From NCBI GenBank assembly GCA_050239825.1, contig JBFXGO010000023.1, positions 1-38,106 of the forward strand: a DNA stretch of 38,106 nt, given 5' to 3'. Under the pieces are notes generated by a model. The model saw nothing but the letters and a program-made list of their open reading frames with translations, had not been told where the DNA came from and made no database searches. Shown in pieces: positions 8,096 to 17,929 of this stretch (within the stretch, counting starts at the first letter, position 1; each line of letters opens with the position of its first letter). Origin of the DNA: a bacterium (GTDB lineage: Bacteria > Hydrothermota > 32-111). Position numbers and translations under genes: made by a program.

Positions 8096-9425
8096 GTTTT
8101 TTGACAATCTCCTTGAATTTGTTTCCTCTGTCTGCGAAATCTTTGAACATATCAAAAGAAGCAAAACCGGGTGAAAAATTTATCGATGTTCCGCTCTCAG
8201 CCGTCTTAATCGCCTTTTCAACAGCATCGTCCAATGAGACTGCGGTCTCTGCATTTTTATACCCCTCATCAAAGAGAAGTTCACGGATGGATTCCTTGAC
8301 CTCTCCAATTATGAATGCTCTTTTTGCATATTTGATAATCGCTTTTATAATCATATCCGTATCGAAATTTTTATTTCGTCCTCCGAGAATGACTGTCTGG
8401 TTCTCTCCCGCCGACTCAAGAGATGACACAAATGCCTTTGGATTTGTGCACATTGAATTATTGTAAATCTTGACATTGCCTATTTCAGCCACAAATTCCA
8501 TTCTGTGTTCAAGCCCCTTTATCTCATTGAATCTCTCGGCCAGAGCAGGTGAATGCCTATAAACGGCAACCGAGGAGAGAAGCGCGAACATGAGATTGTA
8601 AAGATTGTGCCTTCCTATGAGAGGGAATTTAGAGACATCATATATGGATTCCTTTGAATTCACTCTTACTACTATCTCCATTCCTCTCAGAAATGCTCCC
8701 TTTTCCACCTCATTCTCTGATACATAGAGTGTGTTTGAAGCTGGCTCTATGCGTGAAAGAGATAAATCATCTTTGTTGAGTATTCTGTATCCGTCCTCTT
8801 TCATGTTCTTGAAGATCTGAAGCTTTGCATTCAGATAATCATCTATGGATTTGTATCTGTCCAGATGGTCGTCCGAAATGTTTGTTATCATTCCTATATA
8901 CGGAGTAAATTTCACGATATGCTCAAGCTGGAACGACGAAAGTTCGAGGACTATTATTTTATTTTTGTCAGGCTCGTTTATCGCGATTTCGCTTAATGAT
9001 TTTCCGGGAGAAATGTTGCCTCCCAAATCGCAATCGACATCAAGCATTTTCAGTAACTGATAGGTCAAATAAGCTGTGGTTGATTTTCCGTTTGTTCCTG
9101 TGACGCAGACGAATCTGTTCTTCATAAGTCTTGAAGCTATTTCTATTTCAGAGAGCACCGGTATCCTCTTCCACGCCGCCCTCGTGACCATCTCTATTGT
9201 ATCCGGCACACCCGGACTCAGTATTATGTAATCGGCATTCAAAATATCCTCAGAATGATTTGTCTCATATTGCAGATGGTAATCGGCTATCACCTTCATC
9301 TGTTCCTTTGACATAGGTTTTGAATCAGAGACAAACACTATGCCCTGTTTTGCAGTAAGAAGTTTTGCAATGGCCTGTCCGCTTCTTCCGAATCCTATGA
9401 TTGAAAATCTTTTATCTTTTACCAT
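8088..9425 (-). CDS. murD: UDP-MurNAc-L-Ala--D-Glu ligase
   Basis: GFGRSG, SPGVP, TGTNGKSTT, ELSSFQL, DHLDRY, HRME, SPGFASFDMF..RG. Confidence 0.97.
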   Translation of the reverse strand: MVKDKRFSIIGFGRSGQAIAKLLTAKQGIVFVSDSKPMSKEQMKVIADYHLQYETNHSEDILNADYIILSPGVPDTIEMVTRAAWKRIPVLSEIEIASRLMKNRFVCVTGTNGKSTTAYLTYQLLKMLDVDCDLGGNISPGKSLSEIAINEPDKNKIIVLELSSFQLEHIVKFTPYIGMITNISDDHLDRYKSIDDYLNAKLQIFKNMKEDGYRILNKDDLSLSRIEPASNTLYVSENEVEKGAFLRGMEIVVRVNSKESIYDVSKFPLIGRHNLYNLMFALLSSVAVYRHSPALAERFNEIKGLEHRMEFVAEIGNVKIYNNSMCTNPKAFVSSLESAGENQTVILGGRNKNFDTDMIIKAIIKYAKRAFIIGEVKESIRELLFDEGYKNAETAVSLDDAVEKAIKTAESGTSINFSPGFASFDMFKDFADRGNKFKEIVKKHA

Positions 9426-9427
9426 AT

Positions 9428-10516
9428 TTACCTTATCTTTAAAGTGCTTAATGCCAGTATTCCGAATATCACTCCAAGGATGTAAAATCTTGCAACGATT
9501 TTTGTCTCTCTGATGCCCATTTGCTCAAAGTGGTGGTGCAGAGGAGCCATTCTGAAAAGCCGTTTTCCGCTACCAGATGTTTTTCTGGTGAATTTGAAAT
9601 AGGATGTCTGAAGCATAGAGGAGAGAGCTTCAATAACAAAGACCCCTCCGGCGACGAACAGGAGTATCTCCTGCTTTGAAAGAACAGCCGCGGTGCCGAG
9701 AATTCCCCCGAGAGTGAGTGAACCGGTATCTCCCATAAATATCTCCGCCGGATAGGAATTGTACCATAAAAATCCGAGAGAGGCGGCGGCGCTACAGAGT
9801 ATGAAAAGCGTGAGTTCGCCTATCTCAGGTATGTACATCATATTGAGATATCCGCTGAATACCCTGTTTCCTGAAATGTATATTATAACGGCAAAGATAG
9901 AGAATACTATTGCCAGAAGACCGGATGCGAGTCCGTCAAGTCCGTCCGTGATATTGACTGCATTGGTTGTTCCAATTATTACCATGATTACAAAGGGAAG
10001 GAAGAAGAGAGACAGGTCAATCATAAGATTCTTTACAAATAGCAGATTGGTGTAGGTGTTGAGAAGATTGTAATTAGCTGATTTAAGCATGAAAAGGCAT
10101 ATTCCTCCTGCAATCACCAGCTGCACCAGTATTTTATAGAGTGGAAGAACACCCTTCTTGTCAGTCAGTTTTATAAGGTCATCTGTGAATCCAAGCAAAG
10201 CAAAACCCGCAGAGGAGATCAGCATCACCTGAATGAATGGATTTTTAAGGTCAGACCAGAGAAGAACTCCGCAGAGAATTGAGATGATGATTATTATTCC
10301 GCCCATTGAAGGAGTTCCCTGCTTGATTAGATGAGTCTGCGGACCGTCGTTCCTGATATTTTCCGTGACATTGCGTTTTTTGATTATTTTAATTATCTTT
10401 CCACCGAAGAGAAATGTAACTGCGAGAGAAGTTATGGCGGCCATTGCCGAACGGAAAGTAATGTACCTGAAAAGCGCGATGTCCGAGAAAAGATAGGTCA
10501 GAAAATTATACAGCAT
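9428..10516 (-). CDS. mraY: Phospho-MurNAc-pentapeptide translocase
   Basis: KQGTPSMGG, FTDD, NAVNITDGLDGL, FMGDTGSL, MAPLHHHFE. Confidence 0.98.
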   Translation of the reverse strand: MLYNFLTYLFSDIALFRYITFRSAMAAITSLAVTFLFGGKIIKIIKKRNVTENIRNDGPQTHLIKQGTPSMGGIIIIISILCGVLLWSDLKNPFIQVMLISSAGFALLGFTDDLIKLTDKKGVLPLYKILVQLVIAGGICLFMLKSANYNLLNTYTNLLFVKNLMIDLSLFFLPFVIMVIIGTTNAVNITDGLDGLASGLLAIVFSIFAVIIYISGNRVFSGYLNMMYIPEIGELTLFILCSAAASLGFLWYNSYPAEIFMGDTGSLTLGGILGTAAVLSKQEILLFVAGGVFVIEALSSMLQTSYFKFTRKTSGSGKRLFRMAPLHHHFEQMGIRETKIVARFYILGVIFGILALSTLKIR

Positions 10517-11840
10517 AATGCTCCTTTATTTTTTTTGCCGTCTCATGCATCTTAGTGGAATGAGATCCCTTCACAAGTACGGCATCCATCTTTTTGAGAA
10601 TGGAAAAGAGCTTCTCCTCCATTTGCACACGGTCTTCAAAGTAGTATTTTTCTCCGTTGAATACATCATATAGATTTTTTGAAAGCACTCCGACAGCTAT
10701 AAGAACATCTATTGATTTTTTGTTAAGCTCCTCTCCAACTTCTCTGTGCATTTGGGGAGCCGTACTGCCGAGTTCGAGCATATCTGAGAGAAGGGCGACT
10801 CTCCTCGCCGTAAATTTTGAAAGAACATCAATAGCATTTGTCATTGATGCCGGAGATGCATTGTAGGAATCATCGATGAGTGTCATATCCTTCAGAGGCA
10901 GAATGTTCATCCTGCTTAACGGTTCAATAAATTTCTCCAATCCTTTTTCTATGTCAATCTCCATGTCCGGAAAAGTCTTCATGAATGCATAGACCGCAAG
11001 AAATGAATATATGCCGCCCATTCCCGGGATTCTCACTCTGTATTTTTTGCTATCAATCTCTATCTCGCTTGAATCCTTGAGCATTGTCATAGAATTCGGA
11101 GAAAAATCATTTTCTCGGTTAAGCCCGAATGTCTTCTTTTCAACTGATGAAAATCTTGATAGAACTCTCCGGTCGTCTCCGCATATTATTATCGGCCTGT
11201 CTTTTGACTCATAACCGTTCATGATTTCAAATTTGGCGTCCAATATCCTCTCAAAAGAATCGAAATTGCCTATGTGCGAATTGTTGATTGTGGTTACCAT
11301 GATGTGGGTGGGGCGTACGGTATTTGAAAGCATTGAAAGCTCGCCTGCAGTATTCATGCCCATTTCGAGTATAAGCCTCTTTGTATTTCTGCCGCACCTG
11401 AAGATGTTTTGAGGAACTCCGATAAGATTATTCGTGTTTCCCTCCGTGAACACAGTGTTGTTTTCAGGAGCTGAAGCCGCTAAAAGGTTTTTCGTCGTTG
11501 TCTTTCCCGTTGAACCGGTTATGCATATACGGGAGGGAGCTATTGATTTAAGATATTCCTTTGCAAGCGCATGAAGCCCCTGAAGAGTATCTCTGACCTT
11601 TATATATGGTTTATTCAAAACAATGTCTTTTGAGGAGATGGATAGCGATGCGCCTGCGGAGAAAGCCGCTTCAATGAAATCATGGCCGTCGAAGGTCTCT
11701 CCCTTAATTGGAATGAAGAGAAAATTCTTTGAAATTTCTCTGCTGTCCGTAGAGATTGCAGTGATTTCTATGGTTTCAGTTGAATTAACAAGCTTGCCAC
11801 AAACCGCCTTTGCGATGAAATCAGACTTCATACTCTCCAT
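10506..11840 (-). CDS. murF: UDP-MurNAc-tripeptide--D-Ala-D-Ala ligase
   Basis: STDSR, FDGHDF, TGSTGKTTTK, EMGMN, DDSYNASP, DMLELG, VKGS. Confidence 0.96.
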   Translation of the reverse strand: MESMKSDFIAKAVCGKLVNSTETIEITAISTDSREISKNFLFIPIKGETFDGHDFIEAAFSAGASLSISSKDIVLNKPYIKVRDTLQGLHALAKEYLKSIAPSRICITGSTGKTTTKNLLAASAPENNTVFTEGNTNNLIGVPQNIFRCGRNTKRLILEMGMNTAGELSMLSNTVRPTHIMVTTINNSHIGNFDSFERILDAKFEIMNGYESKDRPIIICGDDRRVLSRFSSVEKKTFGLNRENDFSPNSMTMLKDSSEIEIDSKKYRVRIPGMGGIYSFLAVYAFMKTFPDMEIDIEKGLEKFIEPLSRMNILPLKDMTLIDDSYNASPASMTNAIDVLSKFTARRVALLSDMLELGSTAPQMHREVGEELNKKSIDVLIAVGVLSKNLYDVFNGEKYYFEDRVQMEEKLFSILKKMDAVLVKGSHSTKMHETAKKIKEHYAV

Positions 11841-11852
11841 GCTTTTCCTTTT

Positions 11853-13304
11853 CTACTTTTTCAGGTTTTTCCTTGCCTCTTCTCTGTCGTCAAAATGATA
11901 TTTCTTTGTTCCTATTATCTGATAATCTTCATGACCTTTGCCTGCAATAATCAGAGTGTCACCTTCCTGAGCCATCATGAAGCCCTTCTTAATGGCTCTT
12001 GCTCTGTTTATCTCAACAACCCAATTCTTCTCCTTTATTCCTGCAAGTATCTCCTTTATTATATTCTCAGGGTTTTCCGTGCGTGGATTGTCTGAAGTGA
12101 TTATTGCAAAATCTGACAGGTGGGTTGCTATTTTACCCATTATAGGTCTCTTCTCTCTGTCCCTGTCTCCTCCGCACCCGAAGATTGTTATTACGCGATT
12201 CTTTGTAAGACGCTTTGCTGTTCTGAGAAGTCTTTCAAGGGCATCGGGGGAGTGTGCATAATCAACTACCGCATAGAATCCTCTGCTGTCATAAAATTTC
12301 TCAAACCTTCCGTCAACCTGCTCGGTCTCTTTCAATCCGTCAATTATCACGGAGGTTTTAATTTTCATTTTATATGCTGTCAGAAAAGCACATGCCGAAT
12401 TGTATATGTTATGGTCTCCAACCAGAGGGACTGATATTTCAAAGCTTTTGCTTGTTTTCTTTTCGCAGATTGTGAATGTACTGCCTTCAAGAGAGAGGGA
12501 TTTAATCTCTATAACCCAGTCAGCATCCCTGTTTCTTATGCCAAAAGTGACGACATCTTTTCCGGATGATGCTTCGACGAAATACCCGGCATTTTTATCA
12601 TCAGCATTGATAACAGAGAATCCGTTCTTCTTCAGCATTTTAAAGAGCTTCTCTTTTGATTCTCTGTAATCTGCCATTGTGTGATGAAAGTCAAGATGGT
12701 CCTGTGTAAGGTTTGTAAAAATTGCCGCATCGAAATCAATGGAGAATACCCTCTCAAGCTTGAGTCCGTGGCTTGAAACCTCCATGAACAGGCTTGTCAC
12801 GCCCTTATCCCTCATTCTCGCGAAGAGCCTATATAGGTCTATGGGATCCGGAGTTGTGTTCTCCGTGTGTATTTTATCATTAATAATTATATTCCTTATA
12901 GTTCCTATAACCGCAGTCTTTTCAAACTTTGAAAATATGCTCCTGAGGAGGTATGTTGTAGTTGTCTTTCCGTTGGTTCCGGTCACTCCGACAACCTTCA
13001 TTGAAGAGAGAGGGTCGGAGAAAAAGTTCCTTGCCGCAAGCGCGCATGTTTGGTTGAGAGTGTCAGTCACAATAACCGGCACACCGTAATCCTTTAGCGG
13101 CTTTTCAGATGTAAGAATGGCTGATGCCCCTCTTTTTATAGCCTTTCCTATGAATTCATTGCCGTTGAAATTTTTGCCCTTCACAGCAATAAAGAGAGAG
13201 TTTTTGTTTGTTTTTCTTGAATCGGCAATCAAGTCGCTGATTTCAACATCACTGAAGTTCAGGACTTTTACATCAAGATTGTTTATTATCTTTGCGAGCT
13301 TCAT
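11853..13304 (-). CDS. murE: UDP-MurNAc-dipeptide--diamino acid ligase (meso-DAP type)
   Basis: TGTNGKTTT, MEVSSH, DYAHSPD, GCGGDRD, DNPR specificity motif, AGKGHE. Likely start at ATG 13304 (MKLAK). Confidence 0.97.
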   Translation of the reverse strand: MKLAKIINNLDVKVLNFSDVEISDLIADSRKTNKNSLFIAVKGKNFNGNEFIGKAIKRGASAILTSEKPLKDYGVPVIVTDTLNQTCALAARNFFSDPLSSMKVVGVTGTNGKTTTTYLLRSIFSKFEKTAVIGTIRNIIINDKIHTENTTPDPIDLYRLFARMRDKGVTSLFMEVSSHGLKLERVFSIDFDAAIFTNLTQDHLDFHHTMADYRESKEKLFKMLKKNGFSVINADDKNAGYFVEASSGKDVVTFGIRNRDADWVIEIKSLSLEGSTFTICEKKTSKSFEISVPLVGDHNIYNSACAFLTAYKMKIKTSVIIDGLKETEQVDGRFEKFYDSRGFYAVVDYAHSPDALERLLRTAKRLTKNRVITIFGCGGDRDREKRPIMGKIATHLSDFAIITSDNPRTENPENIIKEILAGIKEKNWVVEINRARAIKKGFMMAQEGDTLIIAGKGHEDYQIIGTKKYHFDDREEARKNLKK

Positions 13305-15015
13305 TTTCCGCTCTCTCCTTTGATTCAATCAGAATATACCTGTAATCAGGAAGGTTAACGATTCTTTTTACTATATCTGCGAACATGGGCGCCGCAATCT
13401 CGCTCGCCCAATACATTCCCTTAGGTTCATCGACTATTGTCATTACAATAAAACGAGGTTTGTCGGCGGGGAAGTACCCTATGAAAGAGGAGATGTACTT
13501 TCCTCTCATATATCCTCCTTTTTCGGAGGCTTTCTCCGCTGTGCCTGTCTTGCCGGCCACTGTGATTCCATCTACCTGCGCTTTTACTCCGGTTCCTTCA
13601 TAAATGACCTTTTTCAGAAGTTCGTTCATTGTCGAAGCGACATCATCTGAGACGATTCGTTTTTCTGTGTTCTTGAAAAGCATTGAAGACCCGACACTCT
13701 TGACAAGCTTTGGATTGACATAAACTCCGCCATTGGCTATTGCATTGTATGCGCATATCATCTGAAGCGCTGTTACGCTCAAACCCTGACCGAAACAAAT
13801 ATTGGCGAAATGGATTGGAATCCACTTTTCGTAATTGGTGAAGAATCCTCTCTGTTCGCCGGGAACATTGATTCCGGTCTTTTTTCCGATGCCGAATTTC
13901 TGCGCTGTTTTGTAAACATTCTCCTTTCCGACCTTTTCTCCGATAATAGAGAAGCCTATGTTGCTTGATAGTGTGAATGCCTCTTCAAATGTGAGGATTC
14001 CGAGGTCATGCGCATCCGTGATCCTCTTTCCGTTTATCTTGATTGTATCCGATTCATATTTGCAGGTTTCATCAAGCCTAACGAGCTTGTTTTCTATTGC
14101 GCTGACTGCCGGAATCAGTTTGAATATCGAACCCGGTTCGAAGAGATTCACAACGGAAGTATTCTTGCATATCTGCGGATTCTCCTTGCCGTGAAGATTT
14201 GAATTGTATGTGGGATAGTCGACCATTGCAAATATTTCTCCTGTCTCCACTTCCATTACGATTGCAGAGCCCTTCAAGGCATTGTATTTTTCGCACCACT
14301 CCCTGACTATATTGTAAGCTATTTCCTGAAAATCCTTGTCGATTGTGAGAATTATGTCTTCTCCCTTCTCTGAAGGTTTATCCGAGTAGCTCGGGTGCTT
14401 GTATATTTTGCCGTTGGGTTTTTTTTGATATATAACATATCCGTTCTTTCCCTTAAGGTTATCATTGTATAGGTACTCTATTCCTTCCAGTCCGTTGTTG
14501 TCAACCCCGACGAAACCCGTTACATTTGAATACATGTGCGGGTTTAAATAGAATCTTGTCTTTTCCTCTTTTACGATTATAGACGGATATTTGTTCTTCA
14601 GCTGAAATGCGGCCTGTTCGGGTATATCGTATGATATCGGTATATATGACATTCTTGAATTCAATCGGTTCAAAACATCCGAGTAAGAGAGGATTCCGGC
14701 CGATGAAACCACTTCAGCCACACTTGCGGCGCTCTTCATCGCCGGTTTCATTACATAAAGATTGAATGTCTTCATTGATGTGGCTATCTGTTTTTTGTTT
14801 CTGTCAAGAATATCTCCCCTCTCAGATTTGTCGGATATTTTAATGCAGTTCTTTGAACTAACAACCTTATCATAAGCAAAAAATGAAAATATCTGCAGAG
14901 ATGCGGTCTTCATAACCACAAAAACAGTGACAATCAAAAGGACTACAAGAGAGACATTCATCCTCTTGTTTGTCTGCTGACTATCTTTGTGTATATTTCT
15001 TGTCACCGGACTCAT
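13273..15015 (-). CDS. ftsI: Class B penicillin-binding protein FtsI
   Basis: N-terminal TM, RGDILDRN, SxxK (SIFK), SxN (SSN), KTG. Start is uncertain (15024 or 15015). Confidence 0.95.
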   Translation of the reverse strand: MSPVTRNIHKDSQQTNKRMNVSLVVLLIVTVFVVMKTASLQIFSFFAYDKVVSSKNCIKISDKSERGDILDRNKKQIATSMKTFNLYVMKPAMKSAASVAEVVSSAGILSYSDVLNRLNSRMSYIPISYDIPEQAAFQLKNKYPSIIVKEEKTRFYLNPHMYSNVTGFVGVDNNGLEGIEYLYNDNLKGKNGYVIYQKKPNGKIYKHPSYSDKPSEKGEDIILTIDKDFQEIAYNIVREWCEKYNALKGSAIVMEVETGEIFAMVDYPTYNSNLHGKENPQICKNTSVVNLFEPGSIFKLIPAVSAIENKLVRLDETCKYESDTIKINGKRITDAHDLGILTFEEAFTLSSNIGFSIIGEKVGKENVYKTAQKFGIGKKTGINVPGEQRGFFTNYEKWIPIHFANICFGQGLSVTALQMICAYNAIANGGVYVNPKLVKSVGSSMLFKNTEKRIVSDDVASTMNELLKKVIYEGTGVKAQVDGITVAGKTGTAEKASEKGGYMRGKYISSFIGYFPADKPRFIVMTIVDEPKGMYWASEIAAPMFADIVKRIVNLPDYRYILIESKERAENEARKDNKQS

Positions 15016-15253
15016 AATCATCACCTGTAGGGTATCTCATTTTCAATGTGTCAAAAGCAAATGCCTCAAATCTGTTGAGTGACTTGAGTTCGTCTATTCT
15101 GAAACCCAGCCGTCTTGACTGGTTTGTGAGATTCTTGCACTCTTTATCCAATTTGTCAGACTGCATTGTGACTCTTATCATATAAAATCTTGATACTGAG
15201 TACCCGCCGAGAAAGATAAAGCAGATAAGTATGAATATGAATATGTTTTTCAT
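14981..15253 (-). CDS. ftsL: FtsL-like small bitopic coiled-coil protein
   Basis: 90 aa, one TM, heptad-like segment, RFE..A..LKM tail. Lies between rsmH and ftsI. Confidence 0.8.
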   Translation of the reverse strand: MKNIFIFILICFIFLGGYSVSRFYMIRVTMQSDKLDKECKNLTNQSRRLGFRIDELKSLNRFEAFAFDTLKMRYPTGDDYESGDKKYTQR

Positions 15254-16092
15254 GCGGTCTTCTCGTATATGCGCATTTTCGCAGAGCGGGCTCTCTTGTT
15301 CTCCATAACTTCGAAGTATGAGGGCCTAACGACCTTCTTTGTCACGCTTCTCATCTCACTGTTTTTCTTAAAGAACTCTTTGACCATTCTGTCCTCTATT
15401 GAATGGTATGTGAGGATGACAAATCTTCCGTTTTCATTGAGATGTCGGGGGACTTTTTCTATCATTGCATGAAGAGACTCTGACTCGCTGTTCACATACA
15501 TCCTGAGGGCCATGAATACTCTCTTCAGACCCTGCTTCACATCCCTGTTTCTCTTTCCGTCGATTATCGCCTGTTTAAGGTCAAATGTTGTTTTGAGTCT
15601 TCCGGCATCGTGCCTCTTCTTCATCTCTGAGGCTATTTCATCAGCCTGATACTCGTCTGAATTCTTTCTTATAACATCGGATATGTATTGCCGGTCATTC
15701 GCAAGAAGCTCTTCAAGAAGATTCTTTTCGCTCCTGTCCATCCTCAGGTCGAGAGGCGCGTCAAACCTATATGAAAAACCTCTATCAACAGAGTCAAATT
15801 GAAAAGAGGAGACCCCGAGGTCTGCCAGAATACCGTCGAATTTAATTGAAAAATCGATATTTGAAAAATTCATCTTCATTATATGCACATTCTCTTTTCC
15901 TGAAAACATACTCTTCAGATGGTTTAAAGCGGAATCATCCCTGTCTATCAGATACAGCTGACCGTTTGGGATTTTTTTTAGGATTTCCGATGCGTGTCCG
16001 CCGAATCCGGCAGTGAGATCCAGATAGCTCTTTCCATCCTGCACCTCCAAAAACGAAATTGCTTCAGAGAGCATTACGGGAGTATGAGCCAT
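15250..16092 (-). CDS. rsmH: 16S rRNA m4C1402 methyltransferase
   Basis: HTPVM, DLTAGFGGH, DLGVSSFQ, RGFSY..PLDLRMD, YHSIEDR, RARSAKMR. Confidence 0.97.
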   Translation of the reverse strand: MAHTPVMLSEAISFLEVQDGKSYLDLTAGFGGHASEILKKIPNGQLYLIDRDDSALNHLKSMFSGKENVHIMKMNFSNIDFSIKFDGILADLGVSSFQFDSVDRGFSYRFDAPLDLRMDRSEKNLLEELLANDRQYISDVIRKNSDEYQADEIASEMKKRHDAGRLKTTFDLKQAIIDGKRNRDVKQGLKRVFMALRMYVNSESESLHAMIEKVPRHLNENGRFVILTYHSIEDRMVKEFFKKNSEMRSVTKKVVRPSYFEVMENKRARSAKMRIYEKTA

Positions 16093-16095
16093 TTT

Positions 16096-16437
16096 TTAGA
16101 ATTTGATCTCTACAAGATTTCTCGCCGAATTCAGGTCTTTTGTCGTGTCATACAGGATTTCGCAGTCAAAGAGCGAAAGCACCGACAGAATATACGGGTC
16201 AGTGCAGATAATTTTCAATGGAACGCATCTGGAAAGGTAGTATCTTCTCATTCCCTTTAAAAGAAGCCCGGTCTTAAAATAGACCGCCTTTGTCTGTCTT
16301 AAATCCAAAATAACCGGAAGAGAGTGCTTTGATGCGACAGAGAGGGCTTCCTTGAGTTCGCCGACATCCTCCTGTGAGATTGTTCCGCTGACCTTGATGA
16401 GGATGTGCGTGGACTTTTTGAAAAGAATTTTTTTCAT
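16096..16437 (-). CDS. STAS / anti-sigma-factor-antagonist-like domain protein
   Basis: 113 aa with the STAS pattern (IKVSGTI..ELKEAL..VILDLRQT..LKII..ILSVLSL). The phospho-acceptor DSS/TG motif is replaced by YFKTG. Confidence 0.65.
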   Translation of the reverse strand: MKKILFKKSTHILIKVSGTISQEDVGELKEALSVASKHSLPVILDLRQTKAVYFKTGLLLKGMRRYYLSRCVPLKIICTDPYILSVLSLFDCEILYDTTKDLNSARNLVEIKF

Positions 16438-16438
16438 T

Positions 16439-16876
16439 TTATATTCCTATCTTTTTAAAGGTTGCGCTTCCTTCACTGAGGAGAGACTTATTGTACTCAT
16501 CATGGTGTTTGGGGTCCCAGAGGTCGAGCTTGTCATTACCGCCGACTATTTTGACAGTCTCCTTGAGGGACGCATACTCTATAAGGTGCTGAGGTATTGA
16601 TATTCTCCACATAGAATCTCTTTTTATGGAGACTGCATTGGAATATATGTAGTCAGTTATGGTCTTTCTGTCCTCTTCCGACTCGAGCTTCGAAATTTTA
16701 TCTTCAAGCTTCAGAAATGACTCTTCGGGATAGATATGAAGCACCTTGTTGGAGCCGGGCACTATGAAGAATAATTTTGCCTCTGTGGCTTCTCTATAAA
16801 CAGAGGGAATGGAGATTCTTCCATTCTCTTCAATGTTTACAAACTTGAATCCGATAAAGCGCACTCTTGATTCCAT
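16439..16876 (-). CDS. mraZ: Division/cell wall cluster transcriptional regulator MraZ
   Basis: Two AbrB-like repeats (ENGRISIPSVYRE; DSMWRISIPQHLIEYA) and VGGNDKLDLWD. First gene of the dcw operon. Start placed at ATG 16876. Confidence 0.93.
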   Translation of the reverse strand: MESRVRFIGFKFVNIEENGRISIPSVYREATEAKLFFIVPGSNKVLHIYPEESFLKLEDKISKLESEEDRKTITDYIYSNAVSIKRDSMWRISIPQHLIEYASLKETVKIVGGNDKLDLWDPKHHDEYNKSLLSEGSATFKKIGI

Positions 16877-16934
16877 GGTTCTCCAATTTTTACCATTTTT
16901 CTCCATATTTTACCTATTATTTCCAATTTGTCAA
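16871..16934 (-). promoter_or_regulatory. dcw promoter overlapped by 10-bp-periodic MraZ-type binding repeats
   Basis: Minus strand: TTGACA (16934-16929)-16-TAAAAT (16912-16907). Six (T/A)GG-centred units at an exact 10-bp period: TTGGAA, TAGGTA, ATGGAG, ATGGTA, TTGGAG, ATGGAA. Confidence 0.8.
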
Positions 16935-16972
16935 TAGGTAATCAAGATTTTTATTTTTTTTATAAATCTCAC

Positions 16973-17000
16973 TTGACATAAAATAAATAAACAGTATAAT
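16973..17000 (+). promoter_or_regulatory. sigma70 promoter TTGACA-16-TATAAT
   Basis: TTGACA 16973-16978, TATAAT 16995-17000, ATG at 17009, no SD sequence. Confidence 0.75.
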
Positions 17001-17008
17001 TCTTAATT

Positions 17009-17929
17009 ATGAGAAAATGGACAATTGTCATAGACAATGAATTCAAATCCGGTAATAAACCACTGACACTTGAAGTCACTGAAAAGCAAGCGGGAATACT
17101 GATTGCGGCTTTCCTTATCTTTTTTGTTTCATCACTTGCTTTGATATTTTTTGCTCAGGTCAATAACCTTAATCCGGACTCTCTCATAAAAATCTATGCA
17201 AAACGCGATTATCTTATAAATTCCATAGATAACACAAATAAAAAACTCAATGATTATCTTGACCAAATAAACAGGATAACAGAGTATGAAAAGCGGATGC
17301 GCACTCTCTCAAACCTGACACAGCTTTCAGAGGATTTAAGGCAGTTGGGATTGGGAGGTTATGACTTTCATGATGAGAGGCTTTCAAATCTCGACATGGC
17401 TACAAAGAAACTCATTGAAAATGTCGACAAGAGATTGTTTCAAGTAAAGAATCTTGTGGAATTTGAATCAAAAAATGTCAATTCAGTTAACAGCAATCTT
17501 TTGAATGCGTATGACCTCATAACGCATACTCCATCTATTATGCCCACTCAGGGCAGTATCACAAGCGGCTTCGGATACAGAAAAGATCCTTTCAACGGAA
17601 GAAGCGAACTTCATACAGGAATAGATATTGCCAACCAATCAGCTCCTCCCATCTATGCTCCGGCAGATGGAAAGGTGATATACGCTGACTATCTTGCCGG
17701 ATATGGAAAGACATTGAAAATTGACCACGGCTACGGTTATATTACGGTCTATGCCCATCTCAATAAAATTTCAGTCAAAGAGGGCGATCTTGTCAAGAGG
17801 CATCAGATGATAGGACACATGGGAAGCACCGGGCGTTCAACCGGCACGCACCTCCACTATGAGGTGAGGGTCTTTGATGACAGAACTGACCCGTGCAAGT
17901 ATTTTGATTCTGACACCACTTTTGAATAG
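17009..17929 (+). CDS. M23 family metallopeptidase with N-terminal TM and coiled coil
   Basis: ITSGFGYR.DPF, HTGID (HxxxD), YAHL, GSTGRSTGTHLHYEV (HxH). Confidence 0.93.
   Translation: MRKWTIVIDNEFKSGNKPLTLEVTEKQAGILIAAFLIFFVSSLALIFFAQVNNLNPDSLIKIYAKRDYLINSIDNTNKKLNDYLDQINRITEYEKRMRTLSNLTQLSEDLRQLGLGGYDFHDERLSNLDMATKKLIENVDKRLFQVKNLVEFESKNVNSVNSNLLNAYDLITHTPSIMPTQGSITSGFGYRKDPFNGRSELHTGIDIANQSAPPIYAPADGKVIYADYLAGYGKTLKIDHGYGYITVYAHLNKISVKEGDLVKRHQMIGHMGSTGRSTGTHLHYEVRVFDDRTDPCKYFDSDTTFE

Noticed and set aside
829..16600. Many plus-strand ORFs of 60-184 aa within the dcw cluster
   Set aside because: They are antisense shadows of well-supported minus-strand genes, with no motifs or RBS.
16877..16906. 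N-terminal extension MEKNGKNWRT of MraZ
   Set aside because: It coincides with the periodic operator repeats, and the ATG at 16906 lies directly against the predicted -10 box, upstream of the expected TSS.
16871..16930. Periodic repeats as a CRISPR or tandem-repeat array
   Set aside because: The units are only 10 bp and degenerate with no spacers, which fits MraZ boxes. No CRISPR array or cas gene was seen in the window.
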